The notes beneath the pieces are model-generated. The model was not told the DNA's origin and did not search any database. It was given only the letters and a program-made list of their open reading frames with translations. From Tubiluchus corallicola (Eukaryota; Animalia; Priapulida): a stretch of DNA of 64,000 nt. The stretch is from positions 124,001-188,000 of the forward strand of contig JAQGDQ010000155.1 in NCBI GenBank assembly GCA_030141605.1, written 5' to 3'. Numbering within the stretch: the first letter of the stretch is position 1; each line of letters opens with the position of its first letter. The translations under genes were made by a program, and so were the position numbers. Positions 1 to 64,000 of the stretch are shown here, one piece after another.

Positions 1-799
1 CAGGTAATTTTCTTGTTTCATTTTATGACCGCTAAGATGCGTTTGTGATTCTGAGTTTTTGGTTGAATTAAGAAATTGTGAGGCTACATCGTTTCAACTC
101 CAAGGCCTTTACAATTGATGTCATTTTGGAGCGTTCCATCGTTTTGTTTATGCATCTCAAGTTTGCCAGTATTTTTATCGTTGGCCTAGCTTTACGGACA
201 GTGTAAATTACTTAATTTTTAGCTGAAATTTCTTTGCTAAACGCTTTAAAGATCCGGCAAGGAGGTGTGTCGGGCTTGTTTACTGTGATTGGTCGAATGA
301 CGTCAGAACCAGCTGACTGCCTGGCGCGTACTGTATCTGGGTTGTGAAAAGGGCAAGTCAACAGCTATAATAGTAGCAAGTGCCTCGACTGTTTTTTTCA
401 TAACCCTTCAAAATACGTCACACGTTTTAATAACTTCATTTTATCTTGATGGGTTTTAATACACTTTTGAAATTTATGCTGAGGACTAACCCTGGGAATT
501 TAAACCACAAGAAAAAATTTGTGGGTATAAAAGTGTGAAGTCATGAGAATTCTTGTTGCTAGTACGTACTTATATCAGCAAGAATAACAGGCGAAAATGA
601 AACAAACAATGAAATTCGTAGGAAAATAATTGCAACCGATTTTTATTAAATAATTTGATGTTGGTAGAGTAGAAATGTAAATATAACATTTTTATAATTT
701 ATAATATCCATTTGGTTTTCTCAAATGAGAAAACCGCGAGAAGGGGAGGGCAAATGATAAAAACTAAGTTTCGTGATCGCATGCATCATGTTTTTATAG

Positions 800-25513
<24,714 letters not shown>

Positions 25514-25999
25514 TTTTTAGCATAGACTTGTAGTTTAATTGATAATTGTTTGTTATTATTTAAAATAGTGGCTAAGTTGATTGCAAAAGAATTCATTTCT
25601 TTTCCGCTGGATCTTGCACCAGTATGGTGCAGTCTGTCCTTCCTGTGTAAGGTGCTCTTGCTAGGGTTTGCCTGTAATTATGTGGTGCTCGAACCCAAAC
25701 CGCCTTGTTTGTGCCATTAGGTGCAGCGATTTATATTGGCTAGCCGCCATTCAGTGAAATATTGCCGTTCTGTAATCTTTTTAGTCAATTCTGGTTCGAT
25801 TGTGGGAAAGTTTTTTATATTTGCTGTAAATTATTTCTACGTTCCAACTTATTAGCATATTTAGCACTCGTTTGCAGTTGCTAAATTCGAGTTAAAATTA
25901 AGGCTTCAGCATCTTTAACTGTGTAGAATATCAGTGATGTCATCGTAATGTAGAAAGTGAATTTCTGTGTTAAATTTTGTAGAACTTGTTAGACCTTAA

Positions 26000-26290
26000 T
26001 GACTCTTTCAGACTTGCGATTTTTTTCACCAAATAAAGTCGCCAAGCAACTCCCAAGAGTGTTCAGGCTAGAGAGAAATATTTACTGGTAGTTACTCTTT
26101 GACAGTTAGCACAAGCTGACACTTCTCTATTCGCTGCGAGAAGTGTCGAGAGTAACTCGCTGAGGCAGTAAGACAGTAACTCAGCTCGCAGCAGCTGTCA
26201 ATTCTTGCAATCTCTTGCCAACTGTAAATTGCATAGCATTTCATGCTTGCGAGCTTGCTGTCGGAGAGAAAACTTGCTAGTCTGAATGCA
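26000..26290. mobile_element. MITE family 'ATTCAGACTAG', copy in the likely HDHD5 3' UTR
   Basis: TTCAGACTTGCGA...CTTGCTAGTCTGAATG. Confidence 0.7.
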
Positions 26291-27406
26291 TAGTTAGGCA
26301 GTCCTAAGTCCAAAACTTATAACTCGGTGCTTTTCACCATAACGGTTTTTCTTATGGAAAGCATTGGAGTAGTTTATAAAGTTATAAAGCTCTCCAGTGT
26401 TTTCAACAAGTTGTCAAGTTGACTTACAAAGAATTGTAAATATGGGATAATTGTGTAGGTTTATCCAACTCTTGTGTTACATTACAACTTAAAGTGGAAA
26501 AAGGCTACCATTCATTTTCAGCAGGGCATCACAAATAAGTGCTGTATTTGATTGACAGTTGTGGCAGCTTGTAAATAAGGAAAGAGTTTAGTGACTAAAT
26601 TGTAAACTGTATGATTCTTGATGGTTACTGTAAGCTGCATGTATGAAATGCAGGTTTCTTGATGACAGTCACGATAAACTGAATGTATGAAATGCAGGTA
26701 TCTTGATGACAGTTACTGTAAGCTACATGTTTGCTAGCTTTTCTGCTTTGTCAGGTTGGGGGCTTTGTCTCTGATGAAGCAATAACGATCAAGTTATTTA
26801 GTGTCTAATACCACAGAACTAGCCCTTATGTGATGTTATACATTGTCTTGTTTTCTTAACAAGTTTTGCCTCTCACTATATGATGGAACAATGAACATAT
26901 TTATAGTTGACAGGTCGGGCAGATGTAGTAATGAGTTTAACCTTTAACCTCTTAAACTTTCTCTGTATTTATCCAGAACAAAAATCGTGCATTTACACCA
27001 AGTTGCTGGTATGTGTTTTCATAACGCCAAAGTTGCAGCATCCAAATTTGAAGGTGGGCTACATACATTCATTCTACTGTGCAGACTGAGAAAATCGGAT
27101 TAACTTATATTTTATTTGTATGTCTTGTGCAGTTGTATTAAAGGGTAACTAAATTATTTTCTATTTAATGTAATTATAGTATGCGAATCATGTAAATGTT
27201 TACCTGTTGACTTAGTCTATTGTTTATGTCTTCTGCAAAGGCATCTATTTACATACTTAATTTGATAACTGCTGCTTTTGGGTAATTTTGTTGTTTAATT
27301 TGGTCCTACTCGCTCAATGCTAATGGTGTTAAAAGCAATTTGCTGTGACAGATTTCAAGTATCAAAAATCACTTGAATTGTTTGCAAAGTGTTTCCAAAG
27401 ATCTAA

Positions 27407-27500
27407 CAATGTGACAAGATTACAAGGTCACACACAATGTGACAAGATTACAAAGTCACACACAATGTGAACAAGATTACAAAGTCACACACAATGTGAA
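27407..27500. repeat. 28-bp tandem repeat (CAATGTGACAAGATTACAAAGTCACACA), ~3.3 units
   Basis: Direct inspection. Confidence 0.85.
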
Positions 27501-29621
27501 AAGATGTGACACACAGTAGCTATGGAGAGCCATCTAGATTTGATTCTTTATTTTGTTTTGCTTAGTTCTTATTCTTTATGCATTGTTGTGATAATGGATG
27601 CTTCATTGTGTATATATTGTGGAGATGTGATGCAGGTATTCAGTTTGCTTATTTCTGCCACTGATTAGTTTGAGTTTCAATTTAATTTTGGGAAGCACAG
27701 AATCCATAACATGCCACTTATATATTATATTTACCTTCATTTAATGATAAATGCATTATACAGTGACATATCTAAATGCTTGGCGTGTGCTGTGTTAATA
27801 GTTTTACTTGTGCATATTGTCTAATTCTTAAGCTCACTGTAAATGGCCTACCTAGCATATTCTTTACATAATTTATCATTTTAGCTTGTAATAGAGTTAT
27901 GATCTTTAATATATCCTGCTGCGAATTTTTACTTCAAAACGTTGAATTTTGAACTCTTTTTAGTAGCTTTCTTAAGAAATGTTACTGTAGAGCAATTGCA
28001 AGAATTATTATGACAAAGTGTAGGCTAGAGTTCAGAAATTAATAGAGCAAAGCATTCCATCTTGTATCATTTTATTTGGCTTGCTACTGATATTTGCAAA
28101 ATTCATATAAAATATGTAAGTTGTAAAAGCCATCTGAATGTGGGCTGTGTTTCAGAATGATCGTAAGTGCGTACCAAGTCTGCCAGCCCATAAGATACCT
28201 AACAACCTAGCTAAGTTAACTTGTTGCAAGTCGTTGTAATGATTATTATTGTTGATATTGATATATTAATAAGATAACTTTATTAAGTAGTAAACAGCAA
28301 TTGTTACCAGTTCATGATTTTTATATTGGACCGTTTCTTTTATGACTTTTAAATAATTTTTTCCAGATTACTACAATTACAATAATTTAGCAAGTAATAC
28401 TTGTAAACTTTAATTATCTTTGAGTGATGCAACATCTTCTTCCACTTCCATTGAGTTATAATGAGTTATAAACACATAGTTATGTTTTGGCCTTCAAAGG
28501 TACAAAGTCATTTCTTTCTCCTGCGATGAACTCGTCAACGTTTGAGCCAAGTAATCATTCTCACTGCTGTGGAATGTAGTCGAATTCTTGAAACATTATG
28601 TACAGATCAAAGCTCTAATATAGATTAATATTAAATTTTCAATTTTACTAGTAAATAATTTCAATTAATAGTACTTGACACTATAGTCCTGCGAATGTAA
28701 AAGTGTTCACTAATTGCTAATAGAGTAAAGGTATCTATAAAGGCCACTATAAAATGCATGCCCTATTTGGAATTTAAGGATCATCAGCCATCGCGTCGTG
28801 CATAAGTGAATGGAACATAAATAAATTACTACTGACTAGGATGTATGTTAACGAGCTGTTGAAACTAAAAATATAATTAAAGACGAGTGAACAGTAAAGG
28901 CAAGTACATAAAAGATATTAGATGTGATTTGTAAAACAAGTTGATCGTGTTGATCTCGCAAACAGACACTTTTTATTGATGCCGGTTTGCTCGCCACTGG
29001 TGGTGAAGAGGATCGAGCGTAATCACGGTCTACATTAAGAGAAGAATAAACTTAAATTGACCCGAACGCGCTGCTATATTTCAACGTTGTATTTTTATCT
29101 TTTGTTGGTTACTATGGTCGCTGTTGCAAGTGTAACAGTAGTTTTGTTTCAAAGAATCATTTTTTCCGTTTACACAGATTAAAACTATGTAAGTTATTTT
29201 TTCTGAGGCTGATTCACTCTGTTATTGGTCTTAATTGAGTTGTGGCAAGCATGGTAAACTCAGTTGATTTCTTGCTTAGCCTGTTTATCTTTAGGTTTGG
29301 AGCTTTGCTCTTTCAACCTCATAACTCATGTTCATAAATCATAAGTCACATTGATTGCCATTATTTTTTCCAGACCATTGAAAGCTTTCTTTGGCACGAT
29401 TATTTATTTTACTATATTAATTTGTTAATTTAAACGCTGTTGTGCTTCCTGATTTTGTTGGTAGCCTAAAGCTTGGCAAGGCACTAACTTAGTAACTATT
29501 TTTAGTAAAAATAAATTTGTTTCAGTGGCAACATTAGCATCTGTATTTTTGATATCGCACTTCAGAAAGTAAAGGATACATTTTCAATTTATTTTGCTTC
29601 CGTTATGGTTTAGTGCTAATT

Positions 29622-30470
29622 ATAGAATCGTTTGCAGTATTTTATTTCAAATGCACAGCTTGCTCTGAGTGCTTCACAAATGAAGAAATTTTTTTCTGTC
29701 ATGCAAGGACCTGCCACTGCAAGTTGCTGATGTGTGCAGGTCAGGATCCACAGTTTGAAATGGCTTCACTTCAAGAGGTTGGACAGTCTGGCCGGGGTTT
29801 TAAATCCGGTCATATGATAGTGGAAGCTTCGGCGACTCATGAGCAGCTGAATCAGGAAACAGGGAACGAGATCAAGTCGCTGGAAAGAGTGAAACTTCAG
29901 ATGATGTCATTGTGTTAGACAATGAAAATGATGACAATGCAAAGGCCAATGAACGCATTGAGCAAGCAAGCTCTGCTGATGATAGTTTGGCATTAGAACC
30001 AGTGGAAGCTAAGACCTCGCTTTTGAAAGTAGCACAAGATTTTAGTGGCCCCAATTCCAACGAAACTGTAGATTCTTGTTATTCAACAAGTTTAGCTTTC
30101 TGTCCGAATTTCAATGTTGCTTTTTTGCTATGAATCTCATCAGTGTTAGGGTCTCCTACAAACTATGGTCGACAAGTAGCTTCCAAAACAAGAGAAGGTC
30201 AGAAATTTGAAGCTTCATCTTTGCCTCATGTCTCCTCCATACGGGAAGAACTGCAAGGCATAATTGACAAGTAAAAGCTCTTCCGAGAACGAAAAAACTG
30301 ATGACAATAGTTGCGCACACTTGCGATATGAAAAGAGAGCCACCCTTTACTCTCCCATGCCGGGGGAACACGCGTATCAAGTGGGTTTCTGTGCAATTGG
30401 TGTAAAAAGTATTTTAGTTCTCCGGTCTCGTTGGAGCGAGTGTTTGTGTGGTAATAATTCTTTCACGTAA
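29622..30470 (+). pseudogene. Decayed tandem copy of the downstream C2H2 zinc-finger coding exon
   Basis: ATA-E-S-F-A-V-F-Y-F-K-C-T-A-C-S-E-C-F aligns with M-E-S-E-I-V-I-Y-F-K-C-T-A-C-S-E-C-F (ATG to ATA). Frameshift before KSETSDD (cf. KSESDPSD), in-frame stops, SGFLCNWCKKYF remnant near 30379-30415, then SFT-stop. Confidence 0.85.
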
Positions 30471-31160
30471 GTCATTTTTGAAAAAAATAGTGTTTCCTGT
30501 CATTGTTTTAGAGAATAGATTGTTTTGACCTACAGTTTAAGATCCGGTTTTGCTTTAAGGTTATCTTTAAGGTTAAGGTTACAGCAACTTGACAGGATGT
30601 CGCAAAATTATGACCCTTATACTTAAAGTTATCACAAGTCGATATAATGTATTAAATGAGTTTTTTAATATTATCCTGTATTTGTTTACAGTATGATGGT
30701 ACAGATTGGATGTTGAGATTCTGGTTACTGAGCAGCTTGAGCTGCTCATTGCTCACATGATGACATAATATTTCACATGTGGTAGTGCTTATAAAAATGT
30801 GGTGATACTGAAAACAGGATAATGGTGATTTTGTCTGCCCTAAGCATTTACTTTAAATAAATCTTGCTGCAAAGTTTTTTCATTTCGAAAGAAAAAATTC
30901 CATTTTACAGTTTAGTATTGTTTTCATTTTGAATTACACATTGTATGGGGGCAGGCAATGTGACCCTCAGCCTTTTGTCCTCGTTTCATCACACAATTGC
31001 TTTCTACAATTTGTAACTCTGTTGGGTTTGATTTGAAATTTAGACCACTGATAAGGTTTAGTCTCTAGATTTACATTCACTATTCAATCTATTTCAGAGC
31101 ACTAAGGCGAAGTCAGCATCTTGGAAATTTTGAAAGCGTCAATCCCTATCTTGTCAAAAA

Positions 31161-31994
31161 ATGGAGTCTGAAATCGTCATTTATTTTAAGTGCACTGCTT
31201 GTTCGGAGTGCTTCATGCAAGAGGACATATTCTTTGCTCATACGAGAACTTGGCACTGCAAGGTCCTCATCTGCGAAGGTCAAAACCCGGCCGAGGGATT
31301 TGGGGATGCAGATAGTTTGCCAGTAGCCATTAATCGATCACGGAGTGATAGTGCTGTGGTAAAAAGTGAAAGTGATCCAAGCGACTATGTTCCGATGGAC
31401 AGCATGCAAACAGTTTCTGCACCGGGTCCTTTGACTAGTTTACCTGTACCGCCCGATGATATTGCCATTCTAGGGGGACCAAGTGGCAATGATATTGACA
31501 TCAAGGATGAGCAAGTCAGTGACGTAGATGCGCTGATGCAGAAATTCGCTTCCGAGACCCACTTTCAAGACTTTGCCAAAGAGGACCGCCGTTTGAACAT
31601 GATAGCCCGGCGTGGCAGCCGTGGTGCGGTGACAATTCCGAGTGTGTCGCATGCACTGCTGTCCCCTCGTTTCCCAGCAGTGCAGAGTCGCCCGCGTGTC
31701 ACGATTCGTCGTTCCACCGCCAAAGGCTCTCCGCCCAGTGCATCAAAGAAAAAACGGATGCCAACACCTACTACTCCAGAGGGAGCCATGGGCGGAGTTG
31801 GGGGACAGCGGGTAAGCGGGTTTTTGTGCAACTGGTGCAAGAAGTATTTTGGGACACATGCTAGCTTGACGGTACACGAGAGAATTCATACTGGGGTCCG
31901 TCCATATCAATGCGCGTATTGCCCAAAGTCATTCACTCAGAAGATACATTGCACGAGACATGAGATGAGTGTTCACGGCATAAGCAGTAGCTGA
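31161..31994 (+). CDS. C2H2 zinc-finger protein, 277 aa, single coding exon
   Basis: N-terminal CTAC...HTRTWH finger; two C-terminal fingers CNWC...HERIH and CAYC...HEMSVH joined by a TGVRPY linker; acceptor ttcag| at 31097, 63 nt before ATG. Confidence 0.92.
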   Translation: MESEIVIYFKCTACSECFMQEDIFFAHTRTWHCKVLICEGQNPAEGFGDADSLPVAINRSRSDSAVVKSESDPSDYVPMDSMQTVSAPGPLTSLPVPPDDIAILGGPSGNDIDIKDEQVSDVDALMQKFASETHFQDFAKEDRRLNMIARRGSRGAVTIPSVSHALLSPRFPAVQSRPRVTIRRSTAKGSPPSASKKKRMPTPTTPEGAMGGVGGQRVSGFLCNWCKKYFGTHASLTVHERIHTGVRPYQCAYCPKSFTQKIHCTRHEMSVHGISSS

Positions 31995-33967
31995 GATGTT
32001 GCGATTTATCATTTTCACTACATATCTCGATTGCATATGTATATAGTTTCCTAGGAGGACGACTCAGATGTTGTTGATGATGTTAGAGATACATACTCAC
32101 TGATCTGTGTTACGTTACAGATGGTTTTCGTTTGATACATTGTAATAGTGAACTCTTCTAATGGATTTTTCTGGTTTGTAAAAATCAATCCATATAGAAA
32201 GAATGGTACTGTCAAGGTGGCACTTTTTGCGAATAAAGTTGGCGGTGTTGATTTCCTATTTGCAATGGTTGTTTGATATTGATGGAATGGGTTCATTTCT
32301 GTTACTCACATAGGTGTTGTTCTTCTACTCCTGGATGTCAGGCAGTTTGGTTCAGCAGTCACAAGTACCAAGATGGAAGATGTACTCAATGCTGCCTCGT
32401 GCAAACTTAAAAAAGAAGTAGGCTAACGGTCAAGCATTTTTAAGGAAGTAGCTTTCTAGCATTAGTCTGGCATTCATTTGAATTTATATGTAAAACAGAT
32501 TTAGTCACGGTGCTGCTCATGTAAATGTGCGAGTATTAGGGGTACGTATACTTTGGAGAACTGACAGTTCACCTTAGATCCGCGACCATTACTCATGCAT
32601 TTGCAGCATCTTTTAAATACAAAGTTGAAGGCATTATACCTGGAAAGAACACAAGTTTTTTTATTTTGCAGTTCCAAGTATCACACATGAATGTCAATTG
32701 ATGCAAGCCATGCATTGAACATGTCTGTTTGGTTTGAAGTAACAGTTCAAGAGTCACAGCGTCTGTACAACTTATACGACGCGCCCATTTACGGCGTTAT
32801 GCGACATTTTATTAAGCTTTGTTGGGTTCTTAGTTTAAAACCTAGTTTGGCTGCACAGAATTTGCCAAAAGCTAGGACAGGTAGGGTACCATATTTTTAC
32901 TAAATGTGTACAGACCTTCACCACAGTTTTTATTTTATTAGAAGTTAACAAATTTTATTGAGTGACAAATGCTGTCCATTCAACTCCATTGTTTATACCA
33001 TGGACACAGTTTTAATTTTCATTTCCATGTCGAACGATTATTATAGTGATAATCATTGCGGAGAATAGCCTTGAAGCTTTATTGCGTGAAGTGTTGTAAA
33101 GTATTTTTTCAACATTTTTATTTACATATTGTGTACAAGTGTTTTCGTTTCTGTTTTAGAAGTTGTATCTTTTATTTATTGTATTATATACGTATTATTG
33201 CACGTTTTTTCACTTTAAACAATTAAATGAGCATGTTTGTATGATAAAAAATACAAGCATTATTGATGTTTAGACTTTATTGTACAGCATAAACAGAAAA
33301 AATACAAGAATGGGTCTAAAAAGTGGTACCACCGACACAGAAATTTAATAAAATTTAACTCACCAGTAACAAATAGATGTATATTCTGTTTTGCAAATTA
33401 CAATTCGATTTAATTCAATTTAGTTTTATTAGATTCACTTATTTCACATACAGGTTTAACAACAATGTATGTGACAAGCCTTGGTTAACAATATGAACGC
33501 TTTAAAGTAACCATGTATGCAACTGAGAGTGGAATTACAGGAAAATGCCAAAAGAATTTCACACACAACAGAAATCATAAAATTGATACACCTTAATGGC
33601 ATAACGTTGGGTTGAGGGAGATCCTTTCACAGGGGCTGCATGGTGTCTAGTCCTGAAATGCTACAGTTGTGTCGGCAAGATAATAAACTATACAAAAATC
33701 AACTTAGGTTATGATATAAACAGCGCAGTGGCACGCAGCTTATTAACAAGTCAATAAAAACATTTCAGACATAATTACACACAAGTAACAAAAGTAAACG
33801 ACAACAATTCGCAAGCAATGGTCTCTCATAAATTACCCACACAGCCATAGGGGTGCAGTAAGAGATCATGAAGAAGAGCATATTTAATAGCGGATAATTC
33901 TTGCTCCTTTATCGCATTTGTTCATCGTTGTGGATCAAGCCATTTTCCTGGTAACATTTGCCTTTAA

Positions 33968-34357
33968 AGGAAAAGACAAGTCGCTTAGCACTCTGGGTTT
34001 ATTTTACTATTATCACTTAAATTTAGAAAAATACGACAAAGAAATGTGGAAAAAACTGTCTATGAAGCGTAAAATTAATTTATACTACCATTGCATCAAG
34101 TTATACTTTTGACGGAAATTGACAGTGCGTTGCTTTTGTTCAGTCAATGAACGACGTCATTAGTGGAAAAATTGGCGTTTACAATTTGGAGCACCCAAGC
34201 GTGAAGTGATCGCTGCTTTAAAGTGGTTTTACTAATTAAACGAGGCGCTTATCACACTTTTATTACTAAATCTTTCTAACATTTTTCATAAATATTTAAA
34301 AATAAGCTTCCCAGAAAGCAATCTTAAACCATCTTCCCAGAAAGCTTGACCTTTCCT
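33968..34357. mobile_element. Kolobok-like element, internally deleted copy
   Basis: TTAA|AGGAAAAGACAAG...CTTGACCTTTCCT|TTAA; body matches 19439-20398. Confidence 0.8.
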
Positions 34358-34502
34358 TTAACAGAAAATTGCTTAGTGATGAATGATTTAACCTCAACTG
34401 CTTTAAATAATATTGACAAAGTGCTGCAAAAAATAAGTGAAAAACAGTCTGTCTAAAAAGCAGAATTGTATATCATCTTTGTCATAGTCAGTCAGAACTT
34501 AT

Positions 34503-34680
34503 GACATATTCATCCTAGCGAATTTTTCCAGGAAGTAAACTTGCTAAGTAACTCACAAACATATTGAGACTAGAGATCAAAACTTGCTCTGAGTTACTCT
34601 CTGATATTAGCTGTGAGTCAACACTTCTATTCAAATGCGAGAAGTGTAGAGAGTAGCTCGCTTGCTAGTCTGAATGGGAA
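34503..34680. mobile_element. MITE family 'ATTCAGACTAG', internally deleted copy
   Basis: AAACTTGCTCTGAGTTACTCT...GCTAGTCTGAATG. Confidence 0.6.
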
Positions 34681-36192
34681 CTCTGAATATCATTCCAATT
34701 TTGGTATCAGAAGCCAGCAAGAAACCAGTAGCCAAATAAACAAGTCTGCCTTTAATCAAGTGAGTAATTAACCCACTGAAACATGGCATGTACTGTGGTA
34801 TGCAAAGCTACTCGAATTAGAGAGGTTGTCAAAACAAAAGCAAGAAAGAAAACGCCACTTAACACGTGTTTTTTCATTGACATGTAAATCGTTTTTCAGC
34901 ATGACAAGCCTAGTAAAGCTATAGTCAAAGAAGCGAACGTCATTACTTAAACGCAAGTTTATCAAGAAAATTTGAGATCCCTGTGAAGAAAACATCAGCA
35001 ACAAGCAACAACAAAACGTGTGCTGTAACCTGACATGTAGCATAGAAGTATAATCATTTTGAGTTACAGTACTCAAGATTCATTATTTAATCCATGACGG
35101 CATATTCCCAGTGCCAACTATTATAAAAAGGAATGAAGTACCATCATCCAGGGGAACGTATGTACAACGATAACGAGCACGCACAACGACTATAAACAAC
35201 AGTCTTAGTTGGGACGGTATATACACAACAATTAAGTCACAGAGTAAAAAAGCGAGACGAAGGCATTTAACGTACAAACTGATATGCTTGCCAAGCGGAA
35301 CCACGAACGATCAATAATGCGCGACTTGGAGTCACGTGTCCAAGAAAAGGCAAAAAGTTGTCCTCTTGCAGTCATAGCACCAATCGGTAGCTATCAGCAA
35401 ATGGCACGGCACACGAACGCTTTCTCACGGCATACAATAGATTTCTCACAGCGTCACACCCACACAGAAACCCGTCATTCTGTGAATGAGGTTTAGTCCT
35501 ACCTGCGACTATCATGGACTGAATGTTGTAAGCGCAGATGTAAGAAAAATGTTCCTCTGATCACGTAACGAAGTTTGCTCAATGGAAAGTTAGTGAACAT
35601 GGCGAATGAAAATGCCCAGTTGCAGTTAATAACACGGAACTTTGGAGTGTGTTCAAATTATAAAAATTCACACCGGTTTACTAAAGCCATTCTTGGAGAA
35701 GACAAGAAAATCCAAATTTATCGGATAACTAAGAATTGTCAAGAACAGAAATAATGTTGGATTTTGTATATATGGACCAAAATGCTTACTAGGAGCATTC
35801 CTTGCATGCAGGACTTTTCGCCAGAAGCTTCCAGAAAAAGGAAAACTCTCTTGGGCACTGTAACAAGAAAATTGTCGGAATGCAACAGTTACTGACACGA
35901 TATTACTATAAACATTTCCGGCATTAATGTGCATCTATAAACACTGATCGTACGCTCACCTCATTGTAAACATGAGTAGACAGCTCCACACAGAGTAGCC
36001 ATTCACGCCTGCATGCTAATTGAGAAGCATGATCTTATATATTGCGACAGCTTATAGGTACCATATAAATACCGCACGAACCAGCAACGTTAAACAGTGC
36101 GTAGTCATGGCAACCCACAAAAATGCCTCACACGACGTGTTTCCATGTGTAACTTGATTGTGGTGAACAGAACAACTATTGTTAAGCTGATG

Positions 36193-63821
<27,629 letters not shown>

Positions 63822-64000
63822 CTATGACCAAAGAGAACAAGATTACACTTGCACTTTAGCTTTTGATATACAGGTATTGCTTTATTATGTAAAACTTTTA
63901 TAACAGTAATTAATTCGTAGCTAATTTTGATAACAAATTAATTATAATTATAAGAAAATTAAAGTTAACTAATTAAAAATCATAAGTGACAAGGAGAACA

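Overview
AT-rich, intron-rich animal (invertebrate) genomic DNA, not prokaryotic; most short ORFs in the track are spurious. Three loci can be reconstructed by hand from splice sites and reading phase. (1) HDHD5/CECR5, a HAD-IIA hydrolase on +, with nine coding exons at 800-25513; its start lies upstream of the window. (2) A C2H2 zinc-finger gene with one coding exon (31161-31994, +), preceded by a decayed tandem copy (29622-30470). (3) The 3' part of an L-type voltage-gated calcium channel alpha-1 (Cav1) gene on -, from IVS6 through EF-hand, IQ and DCRD to a PDZ-type ...YVTTL end (63821-36193). The introns are full of non-autonomous DNA transposons (hAT, Kolobok-like, Harbinger-like, Tc1/pogo-like), a decayed hATm-type transposase element, 5S- and tRNA-derived SINE remnants, and minisatellites. 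The most striking signal is in Cav1: the 11.5-kb intron between ...PAHR and RNHSLFG... holds six or seven predicted phase-0/phase-0 exons (about 550 aa) made of internal repeats, one of them a ~60-bp-period array of RFX X-box-like palindromes. A separate predicted alternative terminal exon would remove the DCRD and PDZ ligand. All exon calls are predictions from sequence alone, without transcript evidence.
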